DNA of 32,000 nucleotides from Candidatus Arthromitus sp. SFB-mouse-Japan (GTDB lineage Bacteria; Bacillota; Clostridia; Clostridiales; Clostridiaceae): NCBI RefSeq assembly GCF_000270205.1, contig NC_015913.1, positions 480,001 to 512,000 of the forward strand, read 5' to 3'. Shown piece by piece: positions 25,925 to 32,000 of this stretch (position 1 is its first letter; each line of letters starts with the position of its first letter). The notes under the pieces were generated by a model. It saw only the letters and a program-made list of their open reading frames with translations, ran no database searches and was not told where the DNA came from. The position numbers and the translations under genes were made by a program.

Positions 25925-26572
25925 GTGAGGATTATGATCGTAGATGATGAAAGGAAATTGGTTAACATACTTAAAACTTATTTTGAAAAAGAGGGATTTA
26001 ATGTGATTTGCTCATTTAATGGTGAGGATGCTGTAGATAAGTGTTATTCAAATAAAATAGATCTGGTTATTCTGGATTGGATGATTCCGAAATTAAGTGG
26101 GAATGAAGTATGTAAATATATAAAGGAAAATACATCATCTAAAGTTTTAATGTTAACTGCAAAGACTACAACAGAAGATGATTTGGAGGCACTAAGTGTT
26201 GGAGCTGATGAGTATATCAAGAAACCTTTTGATATTAGAGTTTTAATAATGAGGGTAAATAAATTATTAAATCTACATAAAGAAATTGGTTTTAAGGATA
26301 TTAGAATTAATATAAAAGACAAAAGGGTATATAAAGATGATAGAAATTTAAATTTGACTAAGCTCGAGTTTGATTTATTAAGCTATTTTATAAAAAATAA
26401 GGGAATTATATTATCAAGGGATAGAATAATCACTTCGGTTTGGGGATCTGATTACGAAAGGGATTATAGAACAGTAGATACTCATATTAGGAGGCTTAGA
26501 AACAAAATAGGAGAAGAAATCATAAAGACATATAGAGGAATGGGATATACTTTGGGGGTCGATGTAGATTAA
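25925..26572 (+). CDS. OmpR/PhoB-family response regulator
   Basis: Receiver motifs are MRIMIVDDE, DLVILDWMIP, MLTAK and IKKPF. The winged-helix output contains LTKLEFDLLSYF, RTVDTHIRRLRNKI and YRGMGYTL. GTG start 7 nt after GGGGGA. Confidence 0.93.
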   Translation: MRIMIVDDERKLVNILKTYFEKEGFNVICSFNGEDAVDKCYSNKIDLVILDWMIPKLSGNEVCKYIKENTSSKVLMLTAKTTTEDDLEALSVGADEYIKKPFDIRVLIMRVNKLLNLHKEIGFKDIRINIKDKRVYKDDRNLNLTKLEFDLLSYFIKNKGIILSRDRIITSVWGSDYERDYRTVDTHIRRLRNKIGEEIIKTYRGMGYTLGVDVD

Positions 26573-27932
26573 AATTAAGAACAGAATTTTTGTAGGGAAT
26601 GTATTTTTTATATTAGTTACGTTTGTTTTAATTGGTATTGCAAATTTATTTTTTATGGACAAGTTTTATATATTAGAAAAGAGGAAATTATTAGATCAAG
26701 TTTATAAGATTATATCCTCAGAAGATATAAATATCGTTTTAGATATGATTGATGATATAGAGAAGGAAACATCTACAGTTATTGTTTATATGAAGAATAT
26801 AGATGATATTAATACATTAAATAATTATATTTTCAATTCCTTTTTTAAAAAGAATATAAAATTAAATAAGTTTTGGATCACAGAAGAGGCAATAAATAAA
26901 CTGGATATAACAAGTGTGAATAATATATATAATCAGGAAGCTGTTAAGTATAAATTTTATACAAAAGTTTTTAAAAAAGATGATTACATATTTGTTGTTG
27001 GAACAACATTGTCAGATATAAATGAAATAATTAAGATAATTAATAAGTTTATAGTGTTTATAAGTATATTTTCTATTTTTATAAATTGGTTACTTGTCAA
27101 TATAAATATAGGAATAATTACAAGACATATTAAAAATATAAAATATTTGTTGAGAGATATTGCTTCTTTAAATTTTAGAACAGAAGGAATAAAAACATGC
27201 GATGAGATAGAAGATTTATCTAGAAGTATAAATCATATGAGTAATAGTTTGAGGAAGGCTCATGAAGAAATAAATTCTCAAAATTTTAGATTAAAAGAAC
27301 TATTAAGTAATGTTGCCCATGAAATAAAGACTCCATTATCTATTATAAAGGCATATGTTCAAGGAATTGAGGATGGATTTGATGATGGTACATATTTAGA
27401 TATTGTATATGATGAGATTGGTAAGATTGATGGATTAATTGAAAATTTGTTGTTGTGGTTTAAAATTAAAAGGGAGGATAAGAAAGAAAGGAAAATTGAT
27501 TTATTAAAAAAACTAGATGAGATTTTGGACAAATATAGATTAATATTTCAAGAAAATGATATTTCAATAAGCTTTAGATATAGTCAAAATGATGTTTTTA
27601 ATATTTTGATTAATGATGATCATCTAGATATTATTTTGGAGAATTTATTAACTAATGCTATAAAATATACTTCTAACAAAAAAATAGATATTGTTTTATT
27701 AAAAGAAGGTAATAGTATAAAGTTTGAAATAACTAATGGTGTTAGAAATCTTGATAAGGATATAGATAAGATTTGGGTTCCATTCTATGTGGGAGATATA
27801 TCTCGTGATAAAAATTTTTCTGGAACGGGATTGGGTCTTTCTATAGTAAGGGAAATATTAAATAGGTACAAATTGCCGTTTAATGTTAAACTTGAGGATA
27901 ATAAATTCAAATTTTATATTTACTTCTCTTAA
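26568..27932 (+). CDS. Sensor histidine kinase (two TM helices, HAMP-like linker, HisKA, HATPase_c), paired with the upstream regulator; the start codon is uncertain
   Basis: H box LLSNVAHEIKTPLSII, N box LLTNAIKYT and G2 box SGTGLGLSIVREIL are present. The frame is open from 26568 and encodes KIKNRIFVGNVFFILVTFVLIGIANLFF, which looks like TM1, before the first ATG at 26655. No ATG, GTG or TTG occurs in that stretch. ATT 26568 lies 9 nt after the GGGGG run. Confidence 0.85.
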   Translation: MKIKNRIFVGNVFFILVTFVLIGIANLFFMDKFYILEKRKLLDQVYKIISSEDINIVLDMIDDIEKETSTVIVYMKNIDDINTLNNYIFNSFFKKNIKLNKFWITEEAINKLDITSVNNIYNQEAVKYKFYTKVFKKDDYIFVVGTTLSDINEIIKIINKFIVFISIFSIFINWLLVNINIGIITRHIKNIKYLLRDIASLNFRTEGIKTCDEIEDLSRSINHMSNSLRKAHEEINSQNFRLKELLSNVAHEIKTPLSIIKAYVQGIEDGFDDGTYLDIVYDEIGKIDGLIENLLLWFKIKREDKKERKIDLLKKLDEILDKYRLIFQENDISISFRYSQNDVFNILINDDHLDIILENLLTNAIKYTSNKKIDIVLLKEGNSIKFEITNGVRNLDKDIDKIWVPFYVGDISRDKNFSGTGLGLSIVREILNRYKLPFNVKLEDNKFKFYIYFS

Positions 27933-27998
27933 ATTAGATGTAAAATTTTATATTCATGTAACATTGCCTTGATATTATTAATTTCGAGGTGAGGTTAA

Positions 27999-30239
27999 TT
28001 GAGAAAATTGTGTTTATTATTACTTATTTCTTTGAGTATGGTGTCTTGTACTAATAGAACTATAAATATGAAAAGCTCCAATAATGCAGAGGTTTTAAGT
28101 GTACAACGGAATTATTTTAAATCTGATTTTGATATCGAAGTAAATTCAGAAACTTTTACTTTAATGGTTAAGGTGAATGGAAGTAGTGAGTATATATCAA
28201 AATCATTAAGTGAAAGGAAAGTGTCAAACTTTAAGAAAGAAAGTGATAAGATATCATGGACTTATGAAGAAGAAGGAATTGATGTTTTAATCGAAAACAA
28301 GGGAGATCATATAGATGTATCGATTAAATCGACTAAAGATGATGAAAATGAGTTCACTTGGCCAAAGATTTCAGGAGATGAATATATATTGCCTATTGGA
28401 CAAGGCAAAAAGATACCATCAAATGATGAAGTATGGAAGAAATATTTTACTCAAATTGAATCTATAAAGGGAATTGAAGGATTATCTATGCAGTTTTTTG
28501 GAGTTAATAAAAAAGATTATGGGTTGGTTTATATAATAAAGAATCCATATAATAATGAAATTAATTTTGATGTTGGGGATGAAATAGAATTTGATTTTAA
28601 TCATGAATTTCCATCAATTAATGAGCAAAGAGAATATGGATTTAAAATTTATGTTACAGATAAAAATGTTACAGATATGGCTAAAGTTTATAGAGATTAT
28701 ATGATAAAGAATGGAAATTTTAAAACACTTAAAGAGAAAGAAGAGGATAATGATAATATAAAGAAACTCTATGGAGCTCCTCATGTATATTTCTGGAATA
28801 GTAGAGTAATTGCAAAAGATAATATAAAATGGCAACAGTTTAAAAATAATTTACCAGAAGACTTAAAATCATGGATTATTTATCTTTTAAAAGAGTATAT
28901 AGAAGATAGTGAGTCACTATCATCATTATTTGATGAGATTAAGGAGGAGGAGTATATCAATGATTATATAAAAAATGGAATTATAAATGCACTTAGTCAT
29001 GTTTTATTGTTAAAAAACTTTTATAATCCTGATGTATTTATAGATGAAATTAGTTTTAAAAGTGATTTAGAAAAGGGAATAGAAAATCTTAATGGAATCG
29101 AACTTGTAGAATTTAATAAGAAAGTTTTAAAGTCGAAACTTAAAGATATAGTTGATCCTGTAGAAAATTGGGGAGATTCAGTTACATTAGATGTTATAGA
29201 AGATATGAAAGACTCGGGTATATCAAATCTTTTAATAAATTTTGATGATTGGAGAATCGGTTTTGCTAAGCCAGAATTTGTTAAAAATGCAAATGAATAT
29301 GGATATTTAATTGGAACATATGAGTCATATCATTCAATACATAAACCAGGAGAAGAACAGTGGTTGACTGCTGCATTTGATGATGTGACACTATTTGATG
29401 ATGCGACTGTTACGGATAAAAATGGGGAAAAAATAGAAGGATTTAATGGAGTTGGTAGAAAATTAAATCCAACACTTGCAATGCCTAGCGTTAGGAGCAG
29501 AGTTGATAGCATTTTAGGTACAGGTATAAATTTTAATACCTGGTTCTTAGACACAGATGGCACTGGTGAAGTATTTGATGATTATTCTAAAGATCATATA
29601 ACGACTGAGGGAGAAGATATAAATGCAAGAATTGAACGAGTTGAATATTTAAATAATGAAAAGGATATGATTGTTGGAACTGAAGGTGGGAATGATTTTA
29701 TAAATAAATATGTTGTATATGCTCATGGTATAGATATGGGAGCTTTTCAATGGATAGATAAAGATTTAAAAGATAAGGATAGTGAATACTATTTTGGACA
29801 ATATTATTCACCAACAGGTGGAGTAGCTAAAATATTTTCAAAGCAAGTTTCTCTTAAAGATTATTTTAGAGATATATTTTTGGATTATAAATATAGCATA
29901 CCACTATATAAACTTGTTTATAATGACTATATAATTACGACATATTGGTGGGGAAATGGTAGTTTGAAATTTATAGATGATATTGAAGATAGGATGTTAT
30001 ATGAGATTTTATATAATATACTTCCTTTGTATCATATCGATGAAGAAGAATGGGAGAAGCATAAAAGCTTAATTGTGAATCACTACAATGTGTGGGGTGA
30101 TTTTTCTAAGAAAGTTATAAATAAAGAGATGGTAGATTTTGAAAATTTAGAAAGCGATGGTTCTGTTAAGATGACCCAATATGGTGATGATATAAAAGTT
30201 ATAGCTAATTTTACAGATAGTGAATATGATTATGGGTAG
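27999..30239 (+). CDS. Large lipoprotein, possibly glycan-active (glycoside-hydrolase-like); function not recognised with confidence
   Basis: TTG start 4 nt after GAGGTGAGG. The signal peptide carries a lipobox (LLLISLSMVSC). The acidic motifs NTWFLDTDGTGEVFDDY and VGTEGGNDF are reminiscent of TIM-barrel glycosidases. It lies immediately downstream of the two-component pair. Confidence 0.55.
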   Translation: MRKLCLLLLISLSMVSCTNRTINMKSSNNAEVLSVQRNYFKSDFDIEVNSETFTLMVKVNGSSEYISKSLSERKVSNFKKESDKISWTYEEEGIDVLIENKGDHIDVSIKSTKDDENEFTWPKISGDEYILPIGQGKKIPSNDEVWKKYFTQIESIKGIEGLSMQFFGVNKKDYGLVYIIKNPYNNEINFDVGDEIEFDFNHEFPSINEQREYGFKIYVTDKNVTDMAKVYRDYMIKNGNFKTLKEKEEDNDNIKKLYGAPHVYFWNSRVIAKDNIKWQQFKNNLPEDLKSWIIYLLKEYIEDSESLSSLFDEIKEEEYINDYIKNGIINALSHVLLLKNFYNPDVFIDEISFKSDLEKGIENLNGIELVEFNKKVLKSKLKDIVDPVENWGDSVTLDVIEDMKDSGISNLLINFDDWRIGFAKPEFVKNANEYGYLIGTYESYHSIHKPGEEQWLTAAFDDVTLFDDATVTDKNGEKIEGFNGVGRKLNPTLAMPSVRSRVDSILGTGINFNTWFLDTDGTGEVFDDYSKDHITTEGEDINARIERVEYLNNEKDMIVGTEGGNDFINKYVVYAHGIDMGAFQWIDKDLKDKDSEYYFGQYYSPTGGVAKIFSKQVSLKDYFRDIFLDYKYSIPLYKLVYNDYIITTYWWGNGSLKFIDDIEDRMLYEILYNILPLYHIDEEEWEKHKSLIVNHYNVWGDFSKKVINKEMVDFENLESDGSVKMTQYGDDIKVIANFTDSEYDYG

Positions 30240-30400
30240 ATTAAGATATCTCCAAAATCTGTTTTAATTAAAAATGATAATGGAGAATTGGTACATTATA
30301 CACCTTGAGTATAAGTTTTATGGTTGTAATTTAGTTTGATTTTTATTACAATAAAGCAATGAATATTTATTCTAAAGATATGTTCTAGAAGGAGAATAGT

Positions 30401-31084
30401 ATGGGTAATCAATCCATTGTAAGAATAAAAAATTTTCAAGCTGATTATGATTTTAGGATTTGCAATTTAAGTGTGAGTATTTATTGTGTTGGAAGTGGAA
30501 ATCTAGTTTTAGATATGATAAATAAACAAACTAAGGAATTAGTTCTTGAAAACATAGAAGTTAGGGATGGGACTCAATCGATTCAGTGTGATTTGGATAA
30601 CGGAATATATAATTTTAAGATATATGAGGTTTTTTCTAGAGAAGATGTTTCTGATAGGTATTTGTTATATGAAGCAAATTTTACATATAGTAATCCTTAT
30701 GATGCTAAAGATGGGGAGATAATTATTAAGAATATCAAATATAAGTGTGATGAGTATGCATTAAGATATTATTATAAAATTACAGATATCGTTAATGATG
30801 AAGAAAATAAAAATATATCTTATGCTAAGATGGTTGGATACGATAAGTTTGATATATTAAAAAGTATAAATGAGCCATATGAGATTAGGATTACTTATTT
30901 AGATGAAAAACAAAAAGAGATTTTCATAGAATTTGAAGAAGATGGGGAGTATATGTATTTTTTATTTCATAGAGATAAGAGGATGCTCCTTAAGGAAGAA
31001 GATAAAAATGATCAAATAAATTATGAGAGATATTTTGAGTTAATGGATGAGAATAGCAGTTATTTAACTACTAATTATAGATAG
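30401..31084 (+). CDS. Hypothetical cytoplasmic protein, no family recognised
   Basis: 227-aa ORF with AAGGAGA 5 nt upstream and no signal peptide. A strong terminator follows it. Confidence 0.6.
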   Translation: MGNQSIVRIKNFQADYDFRICNLSVSIYCVGSGNLVLDMINKQTKELVLENIEVRDGTQSIQCDLDNGIYNFKIYEVFSREDVSDRYLLYEANFTYSNPYDAKDGEIIIKNIKYKCDEYALRYYYKITDIVNDEENKNISYAKMVGYDKFDILKSINEPYEIRITYLDEKQKEIFIEFEEDGEYMYFLFHRDKRMLLKEEDKNDQINYERYFELMDENSSYLTTNYR

Positions 31085-31118
31085 AGGTATCACTTTTAAA
31101 GTGATACCTCTTTTATTT
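31083..31118. terminator. Bidirectional rho-independent terminator
   Basis: A perfect 12-bp stem pairs agaggtatcact (31083-31094) with agtgatacctct (31100-31111). TTTTATTT follows. It lies between convergent genes. Confidence 0.85.
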
Positions 31119-31138
31119 GTTAATATGTATTGATTTAT

Positions 31139-31714
31139 TTATAAATCTACAAATCTTGGGAAGAGTATGGAATTTTCTATCTGTGAATGAGTTATAACAT
31201 CATCTTTAAATTCCTTTAATTCAAGATAAAATTTAGATATGCTTCCACATGCATTTTTTGGAGCCACAAAATCATTTGTAAGATCAGTTATCTTTTTTAG
31301 TGAAGGTCCTATTACATAGTGTTCTTCTACAGCTTCTTTTATAGATCTTTCCATTAATTCATATTCAGGACTATTTTTTGTGATTTTTTGTGAATTGAAT
31401 TTTTTCATAGGTTCAAAAATTAACTTTTCTTCTAATATTAAATGAGATTCAAATATACCTCTTATTTTTGAAAATATTTCATGTATTTCCCAAAATAAGT
31501 CTTTGTACTCGTGGATATGGTGATCCATAATTTTTAATAATGTTTTAGTTAAATTTGGTATTGTTTTTCTAAGATTTGCATGATAATGATCTATGATAAA
31601 AGATATAATTTCATCTGAACTTTTTGATAAAAAATCTTCGAATTTTATAGTCTTTTTTAATTCACCAAATTGTAAAAAGTTACCTTGAGCAGGCTTCTTA
31701 TTATCTAATTCCAT
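31139..31714 (-). CDS. Hemerythrin-like di-iron protein, RIC/ScdA/YtfE family (iron-sulfur cluster repair type), lacking the N-terminal ScdA_N domain
   Basis: Family motifs are IIDHYHANLRKTIPNL, HLILEEKLIFEP, EEHYVIGPSLKKI, PKNACGS and THSQIENSILFPRF. AAAGGAG lies upstream of the ATG. Confidence 0.8.
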   Translation of the reverse strand: MELDNKKPAQGNFLQFGELKKTIKFEDFLSKSSDEIISFIIDHYHANLRKTIPNLTKTLLKIMDHHIHEYKDLFWEIHEIFSKIRGIFESHLILEEKLIFEPMKKFNSQKITKNSPEYELMERSIKEAVEEHYVIGPSLKKITDLTNDFVAPKNACGSISKFYLELKEFKDDVITHSQIENSILFPRFVDL

Positions 31715-31803
31715 TGTAAAACTCCTTTTTAAATTAGTATATTTAATATTTTACAATAGTTTAATAATTATTAAAAGAGAAATAGCAATTAGGGAATTTT
31801 TGA

Positions 31804-32000
31804 TCATTCAGTAAACCTTGGGAATAAAACATTATTCTCAAGTTGTGTATGAGCCATTAAGTGATTTTGGAGTTTTTGGAGATTTTCGTATACTTTTATT
31901 ACTGTATTACAAGCATCTTGTGGTGGAGTGTAGTTGTTTGTGATATCTGAAATTTGATTTAAATATGGTCCTACAACTGAATGTTCGGTTATCGATTCAT
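31804..32000 (-). CDS. Second RIC/hemerythrin-like paralog, C-terminal fragment (5' end outside the window)
   Basis: Minus-strand translation to TGA (31806-31804) reads ESITEHSVVGPYLNQISDITNNYTPPQDACNTVIKVYENLQKLQNHLMAHTQLENNVLFPRFTE. This carries the same EH...G, P.DAC and H..LENN.LFPR motifs as the neighbouring gene. Confidence 0.7.
   Translation of the reverse strand, partial: ESITEHSVVGPYLNQISDITNNYTPPQDACNTVIKVYENLQKLQNHLMAHTQLENNVLFPRFTE

Noticed and set aside
7004-29563. Fourteen short ORFs in the six-frame track lie antisense to, or nested within, larger genes. They are 7004-7219, 9081-9287, 12035-12295, 12658-12885, 12807-13049, 15647-15838, 16067-16249, 21368-21631, 22290-22640, 25348-25536, 26044-26322, 26414-26662, 28614-28835 and 29330-29563.
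   Set aside because: - Each lies wholly inside, or largely overlaps, a much longer ORF with family-level motifs.
- Their translations are low-complexity (rich in Ile, Leu, Phe, Ser and Lys), as expected for shadow frames in AT-rich coding DNA.
- None has a convincing SD.
26565-30239. TAG might be recoded in this organism (pyrrolysine or a sense codon), which would explain the in-frame TAGs at 26565 and 30237.
   Set aside because: - TAG cleanly terminates many well-supported genes in this window. Examples are the oppB tail at 201, oppC at 1144, oppD at 2142, oppA1 at 4969, the helicase-like gene at 17301, essC at 21699, yukD at 21965 and the 227-aa ORF at 31082.
- In each case the stop is followed by intergenic signals or by the next gene's SD.
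- No pyl genes are visible in the window.
30309-30400. The hairpin ttgtaat...attacaa downstream of the lipoprotein gene might be a terminator.
   Set aside because: It has only a 7-bp A/T-rich stem with a loop of about 14 nt. That is too weak to call.
1-32000. CRISPR arrays, tRNA or rRNA genes, transposases, integrases and terminal inverted repeats.
   Set aside because: - I found no regularly spaced repeat-spacer structure.
- I found no cloverleaf-like or rRNA-like GC-rich segments in the intergenic regions.
- No ORF carries a DDE, tyrosine-recombinase or serine-recombinase motif.
- A by-eye scan cannot exclude short or degenerate elements.

Overview
This is a strongly AT-rich window (roughly 25-30% G+C by eye). 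Gene content and SD/terminator style fit a low-GC Firmicute, probably Clostridia-like. All homology calls come from by-eye comparison with remembered family motifs; no searches were run.

Layout:
- 1-6.8 kb: opp-type peptide ABC transporter. It comprises an oppB tail, oppC, oppD, oppF and two tandem lipoprotein OppA paralogs.
- 6.8-8.8 kb, minus strand: an orphan dpaB-like flavoprotein, then folA and thyA.
- 9-13.2 kb: an FGGY (rhamnulokinase-like) protein and an aldo/keto-reductase-like protein, both apparently lacking catalytic residues. An AI-2E family transporter and a VOC/glyoxalase protein follow.
- 13.3-23.6 kb: the most unusual part.
  - A 1.3k-aa DUF4011-like / SF1-helicase-like / REase-like protein whose ATPase motifs look eroded.
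  - A 1427-aa EssC/YukB-type FHA-TM-FtsK/SpoIIIE ATPase.
  - A YukD/EsaB-like ubiquitin-fold protein.
  - A Sec-signal repeat protein.
  - No WXG100, EssA, EssB or EsaA genes.
- 23.6-30.3 kb: a cytidylate-kinase-like gene, then an envelope cluster of a phosphodiester glycosidase, an OmpR-type response regulator, a histidine kinase and a large lipoprotein. Three of these four envelope-cluster genes show start or stop anomalies: an out-of-frame ATG or ATA start, an ATG-TAG-ATT start region, and an in-frame TAG with a coding-like extension.
- 30.4-32 kb: an unassigned protein and two tandem hemerythrin-like RIC paralogs.

I could not recognise any rRNA, tRNA, CRISPR array, transposase or integrase.
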